In this document: positions 13,255 to 27,512 of the stretch, one piece after another | How the letters are laid out: each line of letters begins with the position of its first letter | How positions within the stretch are numbered: position 1 is the first letter of the stretch | Origin: Styela clava | Taxonomy: Eukaryota | DNA: 64,000 nt | Direction: 5' to 3' | Assembly (NCBI RefSeq): GCF_964204865.1 | Contig: NC_135252.1 | Coordinates: forward strand, 6,448,001-6,512,000 | The notes under the pieces: model-generated | Told to the model about the DNA's origin: nothing | Database searches by the model: none | The model's input: only the letters and a program-made list of their open reading frames with translations | Translations under genes and position numbers: made by a program

Positions 13255-16200
13255 TAGAAAATTTAAATATACATGTATCTAAAAATGAAACATATAAGAC
13301 AAGGATTAAGATCCACAAATACCATTGGAAAAAGCACGTTAGGAATAAATTTGCGTCTTATCGTGGGTATGACCATCTGGTCAATCGATATGACTAATTT
13401 ACAATATCGTAATGATTAGGTCAGTGCGTTAACTGGGTAACCATTCCCTCCCTTACAGATAGATATGTGAGAAAATGACAGATTATCGATTTGAAAATGT
13501 GTTCTAAAAAAGCGACGAAATCGAAATAAAATTTGTCAACGATTGCATTACTGGTGATACTGGTTTAATCAATATCGATAATGCGTGATGATTGTGATAA
13601 CCTCAAGTACTTCCATCAAATGCGTTCTTCAAGTTAAAACTCGTCAATAGCTCATTCGCTTTAACATATGGCGGCATATGTACCAATCCAACTTGACCTA
13701 TTCATGTTTTAATTTTCCGGAGTATAAAACAGAACGTCACGAAAGCATACTTCTGTCATTCCAAATGAATCATGCTCGGTTATGCTGATGAATCAATTTG
13801 GACCTAACACTTCGGGTACTCGAACGAGCTTTCCACGCTGGTACAACTTTTAAATCAACATCAATAAATTATTGATTACATTTTGCGACGCACATGACTG
13901 AATACCAGTATATGGCTTAACAATTAGAGCTGAGCTAAACACAGACAGCGATGACTGCTTGCATGTTCCCTCGGTCGAGTAAGTAAACAGCTTTCACTAA
14001 GTAAGGCGCTGACGGATACTGCCTGTTTATTGCGAACATTATAGTAATCGAAGCTATTCAAAGAAAGTTAGTGCTACTATTTACATTGCAAGCTAGCAAC
14101 CTTTGGTAGTGCGCAACGGCAATAGCCAAGACTGTTATTTTGCCAACCCGAACACTCTCAAGGGATGTATCTGTCGTAAGACAACTGTTGAATAGGATAG
14201 CCCAAGGCATGACGAGGGTTGATATTAGCGTAAAAAATCCTGTCGCCTCGAGCGGAAAGTGTTGAGAGTGGAAAGTTGCGAAGCGTGTCGACGCAACTTA
14301 TAAGTCCACAAGAACTGCATGAACCTAATTTCAATCAAAAGCAGCCGCGTAGTGGGCAGTGCATATTTTCAGTGTAGCTGGTTTGCTCGTATAAAGTCTG
14401 ACGGTATGAAAAACTTTCCACACTGTCGATTCCATGACTGTGGTTTAAAAATGTAGATCACTAATCCTAGCTCTACCATGATGCTTATAGATCAGTTTGT
14501 TTGTTTTGTTGGGGTCGCAGAAAAACTGACGAGCAAAAAAAAAACCGAATTGCCGAATGATCTTGATATCATTTGTTAGAAATTGTGTTAGGAGAACGAG
14601 ACACGTAAATTCATACAAGTCTAACTTAGACCAGCCAGCTCTAAATAACTTTATGAAAGTGGCAATTATCCGCCTATCTGTAGGCTATATGTTAGTTTAG
14701 TCTGGGCGTTTTCCGCAATTCGCTTCGTTATTATACGCACAGGGCAGTGGACACAGTTTAGTGGCTCATAAATTTTGAGAAAACTAAAGTATTCACTGAT
14801 ATTTATTTAACAATACGCGACAATGTTAACCTCTTCGAAACCTCTAAAACCGATAAATCGAAGAAGATTATTGCTGAAAACACATTTTATCTTTGGCACA
14901 TAGTTGATGCGAATGTCTTTAGCAATACTAATCGTATATGGCGGTCCTTATTTATAATATTCGAACCCGGATATAAGACGGAGAGAGTTCCAAATTAATC
15001 TTAGCTTGTTATTGTAGTGGTAACCGTATAATTCTATAGGTTTCGGTCGCACAATACAAGTCTGCGTGTTTTATCAGTATCAATGATGTGAGATATGTTT
15101 TGGGGTACATAGAGCACAGTCGGTGTCAGCAAAAAGATTTTGAGTTTCTATACAGAAAGAGCGTAATGTGTTGATGACTTACATAGGACTACGTAGAATA
15201 AAAAATTATCAGCGCATAATATCTGATGCTAGATCTAAATAATTTAGCGAAAGTTCAAACAAGTTCCGGGACTATTTATACAGCGACATAGGCGCGAATA
15301 GGGTCGTCCCTTTATCCTTCATCGATTTCTTTCTATTTGTCTATATGGTACGATTCAAGAAATAGTCTTTTCCCGTAGAGCGTCTCGTATTTTTTCTACT
15401 GTTGACAGGTCAAGGTAAAGAAAAACGGCATGATCTATTTAATTCCATATAGCTACTGTCCTTCTGTTTACTCCGGAAAAACAAAAATGGGTTTTCATAT
15501 CTTAGTAATATCAGCTTTTCTTGGAAGCTTGTTTACCAGTTCCAGTTCGAGAGTTCTGCATAGTTTCATATATCGATATACTTACTTACTACCCATGTGA
15601 AACTAATATAAATATCAACCCATGATACAATATTGGTAATCATATCACGCACGATTCGTCACTTCCGTTACCTCTGCGTCAAATAAACTTAGCTTTTCAG
15701 CGCATATGGTTCTTGTGCCGCTCGCTTATCAAGATAAATTTGTGATGTTTTCTTGGGAAAATACCATATGCTGTAGATAGTGTGGAGAATGCCGAAATAT
15801 GGTCTTAAAAATGGATTACATAATGATTAATTACTATTAGCATGCGTGACTAGTGTGTGTGTACCGAAGGCAGGAATAGGCAATGCAGGCAAATCTAGGT
15901 TGTCCCCCCCCCCCCCCTTCAGTGCAATGCAACGAAGAATTTTTAGGACTCATTCAATGTCTTTTCCCCTCAATTCTCAAAATTAAGATGCTGATGTGAA
16001 TTACACTGAAATGCCGTTATTGGTCTTGCGCAATGAACCATTCGATGTTGTAGATTACTGTGATTGGGTATAGTATCTTCGTATGTGTCATAGCCAAAAT
16101 CGTGAGTGATTATTTTTCACTTTATTAAATATCCATCTATCTTGTGCAATACTTGGATATTGAGTTAAATTTTCCAAATGTTAGGCTATAATGGAGATAT

Positions 16201-16651
16201 AGAGGGATCAAGAATGGATTTCATAGCAGTGAATTCAATCGCTTGTCGACATTTAATTTCGAATTGTTCCGCTTGAACTCAATGTATACCCCGGGGTTTC
16301 GTCAAGCACGAATGAACGATTCAATGATTTGACCGTTATCTCTTTTACCTCTCATATTTCAGTGTCCACATCGTGGTACAGGTATTTGATAAATGAGTTT
16401 ATATAGTTTTGGATCTTTTAACTGAATAAGCCAACAACGAGCGACAACAAAGACTAAATGAGTCAGCACTAGGCATTACAAAGTTCAGAATAACGGGATC
16501 TTACTACCTAATACGCCTACACAAAATATCGGGCATGGGCTGATCTCTGGATTGTCTTAGATTAGTGACCATCTCAGGTAATGCTGGAACTTTTTGATTT
16601 TCTTTCTGCATTTTCCTTTATTGACAGCTGCAATTTTGCTTCTCAGATAAA

Positions 16652-19600
16652 ATGAACAGTGACAGAACGATTGTCCAGCTTTTTAAGACGGCATTTGTTA
16701 TATGCACGATTCTAACATTTGGAGTGATTTTGAACAGTAAGTTGTTTTCCTAACAGTCGTCAGTACTATGAAATTGGAAAGTTGTGGATGCGTTTTCGGT
16801 ATAGGACGCCAATTATACAATAATTGGAAACCATAATTTATTCTCCTTTTACATGTAATAACTGTTAGCTTTTGTGTATAAGTCTCTCCACATAAAATGA
16901 TTTTTGGTGAATTGATCAGTTTTTCTAAGTTATCAGCTTGTGTTATTTAGAAATCACTCTGTTTATATGTTGCATCGCAACTGCTAATGACATTTGCATG
17001 GTTTCTTTATGACAATTCAGATTCCAAGTATCGTAAAATATCAAAACAACGCAAGCCAAGAATGTATAAAAACGTCCGATCGACACTCAAGTTGATACAA
17101 TGAATAGCTGTAAATGCGCTCAAATTTCTATCAATGTTAATTCATTCCATCAATGTGTACAGATTCTACACTCATTGTATGACCAACCGTTCTTTATAAT
17201 ATTAATAAAGTTTATATAACATCCCAATTGTTATCTACGCCCTGTACATGAAGACGGTCGCTCGGGAGCATATACATTCCTATACTACTAACTATAAATC
17301 AATTATACACCATTTACTTTACAAAACAACGTTGTTTTGTTTCGTCTCTGGCTTTTACGTTTAAGTCCCTGAAAGCCTTGAATACATTAAGATCGCGCAC
17401 ACAGCAAACGGCTTTTAATAGGGTTAGGGGCTGGATAAACTTCAGTAGGGTAAAGCATGGGTAGAAAAATTGTGATGCCCTCCTCTTATTTTAATTCAGG
17501 TGTTGCAAAGAAAAAAGATAAAATAATTGCAGAACGAGATCATCAGACATTAGTAAGAATATCACTAGTGAGGGAAGAATATGAAAGGAAGATGGCGGAC
17601 ATGAAAATGATTTACGAACAGAAAGTACAACAGGTAATTTATGACCCAGTTTTATATTCACGATTAGGGATGTTCAAATAATTTTATTTAGTAAGTATTT
17701 CAATTTGCTTCAAGTAATTTATAGAGATTTGTTGCGGTGTAAATGATGTTTTCAATATGAAATTAGAAATGTTCATAGAAAGAAAATACGAAAGTTTACG
17801 TTTTTCCCCATTGTGTATGGGGTCTCAAAATGAGGCATAAACGAAAAAAATAACATAAATTTACATCATCCTATTCAGGTAATGAATTTGATGAAAAAAT
17901 CGGCAACGGAAGAACTGGAAAAACAAAAAAACGAATTAGAAGAAAAATTTGCGAAGGAATTGAAAAATCAGTCAGGTGGGAAAAACTGAGATAATAAGTC
18001 GAAAAATGCGTTCTTTTAAATAGGTTAGATATTTTTTTGTTGTGAAATATAGACGTTCTCGTTTTATGAGTTGATAAACTTCTGATCAAAAGATTAAGTA
18101 TTAAATTAAAAAAAATTGCCAGAAATTCATAGTGAGAGAAAGTAATGACTTTTTAAAATCATGATTTCGATTTGTCGAATTACAATTTCGAGAGGCGTCT
18201 ACCGTTTGCCAAAAACGAGAAATGGGCCTCTTCACTCCGTGTGATATGATGACATTACACTTGTTGGCTGACTTAAAAATGAACCATTATTGATATCCTA
18301 TTTGAGAAAATGGTTTAAATAAGCTGGAACACGTTTTTTCTAAACTTTACCTACCTACATAAACAAATTTAGTTAGACAATAGTTTTAAAGTTTTCAAAC
18401 TCAGCTGTATGGAGATTCTCGTACGGACTTCTTATCCCGATGCCATGCAAAATGGTTTTTATATAAATTTTATTAAACAAAGAAGGCGACGTTGTGAAAT
18501 CCGGACCAACTTTGAAAGATGACTTTTGTATTGGTCCATAAGGTATAAGGGGCTTTACATTACAATAATAATATCTATTCCTGTGACAAAGACTATTTTC
18601 TGAAAATGGACTGTTGTTTTTGTTAAGAGTTTTCGAACAATTTCTAAAATTTTAGGCAATAAGAGAATCTAATGTGCCATACAATGTACAAGTACAATGC
18701 GAATTATAACTTAGTAAAACCTAGAGATATTTTTTTATTACTTATAAATACAAATCAGTTGTAAATACATAATTTTCACGCATTCTAGAAATAACTATTT
18801 GATGCCGTTTTAATTCATATTTAGAGGAAATTGAAAATATCAGATTACAGTTGAAACGAATTGCTGATCAAGTGAGTAAATACTGACTTGTATAGTATAT
18901 TTTATCTGATAATAACTCACATGAAAGTATATATGATTTATTAAACAAAATCCAAGGCTAGTAAAATAATTTTTTTCTTGATTAGCACACAATCTTCAAT
19001 ACAGCGATGCCCTAAAACGGGCCTAAAGATAATTACTTGGGGTTAGGTTCTAGACTAGAAACCCTTTGTTAGTTGACTTAATCTTAGAATATTGCACTGA
19101 ATCGACAAATTGGTTAGATTGTGTCGAATTAGAAAGATTGCTATATATACTTCTAAATTCGTTAGCTGCCTACTATGTGCCGTAAAGTATGTTGATAAAT
19201 CCCTGTGTGATGTATGTTGTCACTAGGGCTGGGGATGGTTAACCGGTTAACCGATTTTAGATGGTTAACGGTTACGATTTATTATAACCGTTAACTGACA
19301 TCTCAGGTACAAATCATTTTTATAATGTACAATTCTTTCAAAAATGATTACGTCATCGCAAATTTATCTCCTGTGGCGTTTAATTCAAAAGAATATCGCT
19401 AACTCTATTTGCGAGGACCTAATAAATGTGCTAAATACCTAAAAAAGTATCAAGATTGCTGATTATAAAAATTTGACAATAATTAATTATGAATCAGTTT
19501 TCGGTCGAAATATATTGTTCACGATTTTATTTCAAAATTGTACCGTATATTGTATATTCAATGCCAACCAATAAGTGCGTAGTTGATGCTGTTTTTCTTT

Positions 19601-20385
19601 ATATATCTCAAAGTAGAATTTGCACATCAAACACTGAAAATTTGTCACATAAATGACATTTCATAACGGAATCAGGTTTTACTAAAATACTTGCATATGT
19701 CCTATCCACGCTACATATATATTGCAACAGAGCGATCACGAAACTATCTCGATTCGTGAATAATTTTGAGCAATACCGGGATAAGGTCACGCGAAATTGC
19801 TGTGTAACCATTGTGGCGTAACAAGCTAAAATTATAAATTATTATGTGAAACGTCACGCTGCGGTTAACCGGTTAATTTTACCCGGTTAACGTTTAAAGT
19901 GTTTTCCCTGAAATTCCCAGCCCTAGTTGTCACATAATGTATGGGCAGTCACATTAATATAACGTGTCTAAAATACTAGATGTTTAACCTGTGACTCATC
20001 ACTGTGTCTCAAACAAGATCTAATGAAACTTTAAAACAAAAAATAGATGTAGAATCTGGAAGCTTGGACTTTTAATATAAACACTCCCTACTAGTGGATA
20101 TTTTAAATCCATTACCTCAAAATCTTCGAACGTTTTCAATTCCTTTAATTTCATTGCCAGGAACTAAATCAAGAACTGAATCAACAACAAAATCAAGAAG
20201 AAAAGAGTTTATCAAGTTTGGAGAAAATCCAGCAACTTCTTTCAAAGATAAAATCTCAAATATTGCATCGAGAGAAGGAATTAAAAACCGATAAAAATGA
20301 AAAGTATTCTTACGTTGAAGATAAAGAATTACCTAAACAGATCACTAATCAGTTAGACAGAAGAAAAATAGACAGTGAAAAGTAA
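16652..20385 (+). CDS. Orphan single-pass transmembrane + coiled-coil protein 2 (~195 aa, possibly N-terminally extended by micro-exons)
   Basis: Exons 16652-16736, 17500-17633, 17879-17975, 18825-18871, 20161-20385 (phases 1, 0, 1, 0; 588 nt, all GT-AG). MNSDRTIVQLFKTAFVICTILTFGVILNSVAKKKDK...EEYERKMADMKMIYEQKVQQVMNLMKKSATEELEKQKNELEEKFAKELKNQSEEIENIRLQLKRIADQELNQ...IDSEK*. Confidence 0.85.
19224..19925. mobile_element. hAT-type MITE, family TAGGGCTGGG (copy 2, opposite orientation), intronic
   Basis: TIRs tagggctggg ... cccagcccta; perfect 8-bp TSD gttgtcac (19216-19223, 19926-19933); GGTTAACCGGTTAACC subterminal motifs. Confidence 0.9.
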
Positions 20386-22547
20386 CATTTTCGATTGTTT
20401 AAATTTGAATTCTAAATGATGAAGCATCAGAACGAAGGGAAAGATACAAATAGCGAATATCTAAATAGAAATAACGATGCATAACGATAATTTATATCAC
20501 ACATTTTATCTAGTCTGGATGTGCATTTCGCCGTTTACGGGCGAATTTTGCATCAGATTTCGTAAACAAACTAAATTTGCTATTTCCGTATGTAGAAGGT
20601 TGAAGACGCCTCTCCAATGCCAGCTTCATCTCAATATTGACAAACGATCGAATGAATATATTCTATCACAAACCCTTCATCACATAGATATTGCTGATAT
20701 GTTCCTTTTCATATTTCCTATGAATCAGAATGTATCGACCGTATGGGTGCGCTTCAATGACCAACCTAGAAGCGCCGATAACTTTTCTGTGGCAAGGAAT
20801 AGTTTCATCACAAGTATATGGGGAAAATACGTAAATTAGTTGTTGTTGTTGTTAAATAAATTATTCAATGAGAGTCTGAGCTACAAATATGCATGCACAA
20901 ATAGGCTATTAAAGATTCAAGCACTCACTGTAGCTGCTTGGTATCTTGTTATATATTTCCATTTTATTCTTTTTGTATATTTTATACAGCACCATATCAT
21001 TTTCATAGTTTGATTTCAATTTAATTTTGAATACGGAATATTGCCGCATTATATTTTCTTCAAAAGCATGCTCAAAATTGCAATTTTTGTGAAAAGGTTA
21101 CGCTGCCAGGATCGGTGTGGTCCGATTGCCGATAATCTACAAAGACGATGTCGATGGCCACCTTTCGAAAATAGTCATGAACTTCTATTTGCGAAATTTT
21201 TGTTCTAGATTTTAGAACTTTTATTATAACCATATATATGTGTGAGTTTTTTTCGAGGGCCATTGCAATTTCAATTTAAAATGTAAAAAAAAATGCTCAG
21301 TGTTATAGAATTTCACTATGCTAAAAGTTGACTCGTTTTATTATTGAAAGACCGCATAAATTAAAAAAAAACTGCCTAAAAACCCTTCAACCGCTGTAAT
21401 ATTAAATTATTGCTTATTATAGTTCCGTTGACAAATAATGTTCTCAAATCGAATGACATCTTGTGAGGTACCGGATGGACCTTAGTAATTATTCAGTCAG
21501 TCAGCAATGTAAAATGCAAATATTCTTGACTGAGAAGTCAGTGTTGAATTTCTTGGTATTTATCTGGTTGCAATGGTACATGACATATCTAGTATTTATC
21601 TGTTTTTATGTTCTATAATGTCGCACGAATAAAAGATATATTTTGCATCTTTGTCATTACTATTTTTCGTCTCGATACGCCGAGATTTGACAGAAAAATT
21701 TGTCCCGTGGACAAGCCTGGGGATCATATAGCTGGGTTGCCATGTTGCCAGTTTAGTCATGTTTCATTGACTGCTATCAAATCCGAGTGAATTGTCACTG
21801 AGGCCAAACAAGCTTCAAGTTTGGAACAGCTTGGATTGACTAAGAAACGCAAATTGATACACCTTGTGATAAGTGGGTTCACCTAATCCTTGCATAGAAT
21901 ATCTGATTTAACAGCAGAAAGGTAGTGACAATCTGACATATATACTAATTTTCGTGGAATCGCTCATTTCATCATTATCCATATTTGGTGATGATGCCTT
22001 AAGAAGGAGGGTTTATTCAGGCATAGGTTATTGACTTCTGCATTAGATAAAGAATTGAATGGGAAGCTGTTCTGTAAGCAAAGTCTACAGTACCAAGGAA
22101 CATCATTTGGTTCATTACTCATCTTACGAAACTATTGTAACCTTCAAGCCGCAGCATTTTAAATAAATATTGTCAAACTGTACGTTTGTTTACACAAAGT
22201 GCAGTACGTTGGTATAACGTCTGTATCGAGATATAGTTGCAGCTTGCAGGTGATAACACCGCCCCGACCATTGCAATAAATCATATTCTAAAAAACGAGT
22301 CTTTATTTATGTGAGTGAAACATTCAAAAATCTTTTCAAAACTTCTCTCCATTAAAGATGATGTTTGCAATCCTCCGATTTACAGTCTTCAGATTGCATG
22401 TAAACTCTGTGAAGTACAAGGCTATATATAACCTACGTGTCACAGAATATAAGTGTGAATCTTCTCATACCCCACATTCACCAGCAGACAATGGGTAGAG
22501 ATTAGAAAATATGTTCGGCAAACTTTAGTAAAGTGGTATTCTAATCT

Positions 22548-25500
22548 TCAATTTTCTTGAACGCTGATGCTGTAATTATGAAAGTCGAAGCTTGCCACGT
22601 AATGGAAGAAGATATTGGATATCACAACAATATATTCGAGTAATGCGAACAATGTGTACACTGTAAATTAATAAAAAATAATAATGATCAGCAATCTAAG
22701 AAATTTGAGCACCAATGCTAAAAACATAATATACAATAAATCAAAGTTATAGTTATTTTATTTACATTTTATATATATACGTTTGGGAATATGAAACCTC
22801 CATATTTCATCTACTGGTGTGGAGATTTCCAGGCTTGTCCATGGGACATATTTTCCTGTCCCATTCCCATCCCATCGCAATTATGCCTGCCCCATCCCAT
22901 CTCATGGGCTTCCCATTAAAATAAAATTCATTAAAAATTGTTAAATTTAGGTTTAGCGTACGAAGAGACATGCAAAACAACAAAATTTACGGAGCTATGC
23001 TCAGATATATGGACACAAAGTCCCTAACAAATTTTTTCACCATTATTTCCTCGAAAATCATACGGTTTCTGTGTCGCATGGGAAATATGCTGTCCCATCC
23101 CACCTCACGGGACGTATCTCATGGAAATTCTATTCCCATGAACAAGCTCGGAGATTTCATGACAGTCATGACTTCAGAGAGTAGAGCTGTGTGATCGGGA
23201 AAAATTTATAACCGATCTCGGGTTGGAGAGAATTTGACTCTGACTCTCGACTAAGAGTTTTAACAACTCTGGCGTGGAACCCATGAGAAAATCAAATTTT
23301 GATAAGAAGTTTGGCATATTTAATGCTTCTATAGACTGCTAGAAAGTTCAATCTGTCTTTTTTCCCCTGGCACCACAGCCCTCGCGAGTCGACTGTTCTA
23401 GAAAGTTTTATTGTCTTGGCGACCTTGTTTTACTTGAGGAAATTTGATTGAAAACGATGTAAACATGTTAGGTTATATTCATAATGTGTATGACATACCT
23501 TGATCTTCACAGTATGTATTGTGCCGATAGTAAAAATACATCGAAGAAGATAGCGAAAGAAGGTAGATGATACATAATATTCTTTTCCATTTTTTAGACT
23601 CCTTTCTATCTCCTGTGCCACATATACTACTTCCACAACAATATATAACGGACGAAGCAATGTAGGTTATAAAGCCAATTTTGTGCCATACTGAAACATA
23701 GTTATCACAACTCTCAGTAATGACGAAAAATTGAATAAGTTAAAGGTATGACAAATAGTGCAAATGAACCAGAGGTAAGTTGTTATCAGATAAGGTTCAA
23801 ATGTACAAATATTTGCTGTGGTTGCCTACTTTTGATGTGCAAAATTTCATTGTTCAGTTACGCTTGCTTACCAAAAGTAATTAAATATGACAAACTAGAT
23901 AGTATAGTAACTTACTATTAAATTTATAGTATATACATAGTTCTGACGCGCTGAAACAGAGAACGAAACGGATGCTGTACAAAAAAGTCTAATGGGACAA
24001 AACATATGTATGTTCTGGCTATTCTACATCAAATATATATATCAAAATAAACTTTGCTTGGCAATTTTCTTTTTCGGAAATTAGGCAACCAAGTAGTTTA
24101 TTCAGGTAGTGATAACTTGCCGCTTACATTTTGGGTAAGTCTATTACCTTTTAGTTAAATCTCTCAATATTTCCAAAGACGAATATTTATAGATAAAAAT
24201 AAACGGTGCATAAATTTATTTCTGTTTAGCTGTAACGTTGCCTATAATATTCATTTCACCATGCTTATGCAAGATTTAGAGTTTGGGCCATGAATATCAC
24301 AAGTGTGATGGATGTTAGAGGGTTGTCTATTTGCATCAAAAAACTCAAAAATCAGAATGTATATAAACATTTATTTATTTAAAAAATATATATATACTAA
24401 CATTTATACTCGGTTGATGACATCATTGTGAGAATGAGTAAACTAAAAACTTCAATTGTATTCAAACTCAAATTGAAGAAGGCTTTTATACTTTGACATC
24501 TCTGTACAAACACAAGGTTTTTCCTTTACATTTTGTTGTGTAGTTATACAAAAATCTAGCTATATTTTCAACAACAATTGGTTAAGATGCTTTGAACAGA
24601 ATGACACGAGAGGTGTTATCATCGGAGAATAAAAATCAAATTTCTGCGAATCATTGACAGTATATAGTGGACAGTATAGTGTAAAAACAGTTTTTTTGTA
24701 ATTCAAAACTCAAGAATTAAATTAACGTTAATTACTAAATTCATGTTACGACATCTCTTTTTTATTTCGAAACATGTGTATATTATTTGATCACAAAACT
24801 GTTTTTCATTAAGCTATGAGTATAAACTTACCGATGTACCCAATTTTCTAGCTTTCATTTCGTGTATCACTGCAATAAGAAGTCTTGGTGCTGAATGAAG
24901 AGCGATACATATTTTCCAGACTACAGATGAAGGTGGCTGGTCAATTGCTGCGCTGATCGATGGTAAATAATTTATCACCTGTTATGGTAGGACATGACTT
25001 TTATTAATACAATAGAGCAATGCTCAAATATATAGACACGAATTCCAAAACCAAGTAGTACGGGTAATATATCTTCGAGTACTGGTATCGTAGTCTTCCC
25101 GACTTCGAGTGGAGTGACCACTAGATCTCAACGACATTTCGTGTCCGATTCGTGATGTAAATTTCTCACCCCACACAGTATATCGTTTACACGTTTGCTG
25201 CAGCAGTTTACTTACATACAAGTAGTCTTGTAATGCAATACAATGCCACAAGTAACGATTAGGACTTATGATGGTTTACGCTCAACCATACAAAATTGCG
25301 ATACTTTGATATATATTTATATTTAGGTGACCGTACATTTAAACTCACGTACATTTGAACCCATGTGTATATCCGCGGGTTCAACCTATATGCGGGTGGT
25401 AAAACCCATGGGTTAGGTAGGGTTTAAATATCCGCAAAACAAAATAAAAATTCATAGGTGCAATATATGCAGGTGCAATTGTCGTGTGTTCAAATGTACG

Positions 25501-26038
25501 TGGGTTCAAATGTACGGGGACCTTTTATTTATAATATATATATATATATATATATTATTACTTATTCACCAGTATTAAATGTTGGGACCTGCGCTAGTGT
25601 TTGCCTAACAGCATTATCTAAAATTTCATTCACAACAGTAGCCATGACCAATCGAGCTGGAAAAACACTCTGCGGGTACACTGCTTGCCAATTCAGCAAA
25701 ATTCCACTCAAATTTACGTTCCAGTATATATATATAATAATAAACCGATTTTACTTATAGTTTGAAACGACCGGATGATTTCTGATGCAGTATAGCCTAC
25801 CCAAATTATGTGTTGGGATTGCCAATTCGATTTGAGCATCTCGAAACTCTATGCTGTCACGTCCACTTACCCCACAATGTGTAGCCGTTGTCCTGTTGAA
25901 ATCAAAACATAGTGACCAAAGTATGGAGAATATCAATCCAATCAAAGGTAGAAGAACAGTGTTAAATGCTAATTTTGGCACAGGTATTTCGACGAGAGGG
26001 TCCATTTGCCCTTTGTTCAAACTAATCAAGTAGTCCAT
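22548..26038 (-). CDS. PGAP2: Post-GPI attachment to proteins factor 2 (FRAG1/DRAM/Sfk1 family), ~239 aa
   Basis: Exons 26038-25871, 24978-24832, 24501-24402, 23690-23499, 22660-22548 (720 nt, phases consistent). Hallmarks: [83 protein letters not shown]. Confidence 0.95.
22830..23150. mobile_element. MITE family CAGGCTTGTCCATGGG (copy 1), in PGAP2 intron
   Basis: TIRs caggcttgtccatg ... catgaacaagctcg; 8-bp TSD gagatttc (22822-22829, 23151-23158); CCCAT/GTCCC subterminal repeats; homologous to 50229-50689. Confidence 0.85.
25326..25522. mobile_element. Palindromic MITE in PGAP2 intron 1
   Basis: ggtgaccgtacatttaaactcacgtacatttgaacc ... gttcaaatgtacgtgggttcaaatgtacggggacc inverted arms; central ggttaggtagggtt. 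Confidence 0.7.
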
Positions 26039-26908
26039 CTATAACATGAAAACAACAAAATATTGATGATGTTTTCATCAACAAGAATATGTTAAATCAA
26101 ATAACAAAAATCTGCAACCATAACGTCTGAACCGCGACGCAGTTTTTATCCTGACATGCCACCCAGAGATAGCTACCTATGGTTGCTCTTGCCCAAATGC
26201 TGTGTAATGTGAATACATTTTTCACGTGTACAATTCACATCCACCAATGTGCTAATGCCCATTTGTGGCAACAATGCTTTTTCACCCTAGCAAATTATCA
26301 TCATTTTTTCATGCAGCTATTTTGAATTTGAGGAATCTAAATTTAGTTGTGTATGCTTTGCTAAAATAATGCTTATAGTTTATAACTTAACTGCTGTTGC
26401 GCAAGCATTCAAATCGTGAACGTTACTCGACGGTTATCTCCAATATTAAAGAAATAAACTTAGTGCAAACAAATATCAAGCGGTGAGTTTGGTAGAAAAA
26501 CATGCTGTGAATTTATTCAACTGATAGTAATTATGTTGACGGTGAAAACAATCTTATCTTGCTACTATCTCGTACGTTGCTCTGGAAGGCACTAAACTTG
26601 ATTGCTTCTGCCGAACAGAAAGTTATGGGTATTTTGCGGATAAAGAAGCTCATATGTTTCAGAATGTTTTTACTGTTGTTCTGTCCACGTCCGAACCACA
26701 CAATAATAATGGGGATTAAAAAGACTCCCTCACAGGCACATTAAGTTACAAGCTCAATTCACTTTGGAAAACTTGAACATATGTTAACGTTACTAATAAT
26801 ATTATTTATTAATCCTTTAAGGACTACCTGTGCTATCTATGAAAAGAAACATTCAACAAAGAGATACAGTTGTCAAAATTTTGATCGTTAATACTTTACT
26901 ATCTAGAT

Positions 26909-27512
26909 CAGGGTCGGCCAACCTTTTTGGCCGGCGGGCCACATTTTGTTCACTAATAATTGCGCGGGCCACTTAACATGGTAATTATGTTCTAGTTTTG
27001 CTACACTGACTAAAATTTAATGAAAAAACCCTCGCACCAAACTTTCTCAATAATAATAACAATGAACAAACGAAGATACAGTAAAGTCAACAAAGTTTTT
27101 CTACACGTAGATATTTTAGTGTGAAGTTTGGCAATGTTTTTCGCTAAGTTTGTCAATATTCGCTGAAATGGACGATGTAGCAATGCGAAGCGAATTTTCC
27201 ATATGACTGTCAGAAATTAGTGATCTCACAGGGGATTTGTCTGCCCAAGTGTATACGACTATTTATGTATCGATATCTTTCAGTTGGTTTCGATTCCAAA
27301 TGGCACTCATGGCTCGTTTGAAAGGGCTAGCAGAGCGCATTTCAGAAAAATGAACAAATTGTTAGTATTAAAACTTCATATTAACTACATTACTCGAAAA
27401 ATAGAAGTTTTACTCAATTTTTTTTCATTTAATTCCGAAAATACAGCGCGGGCCACTCAAAACTCTTCGGCGGGCCACATGTGGCCCGCGGGCCACGGGT
27501 TGGACGACCCTG
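26909..27512. mobile_element. Non-autonomous hAT (GTF2IRD2-like) element
   Basis: TIRs cagggtcggccaacc ... ggttggacgaccctg; perfect TSD atctagat (26901-26908, 27513-27520); GCGGGCC subterminal repeats. Minus-strand relic KSPVRSLISDSHMENSLRIATSSISANIDKLSEKHCQTSH* (~27117-27240). Confidence 0.92.

Noticed and set aside
15904-15917. Poly-C tract between the divergent genes
   Set aside because: Simple homopolymer with no evidence of function.
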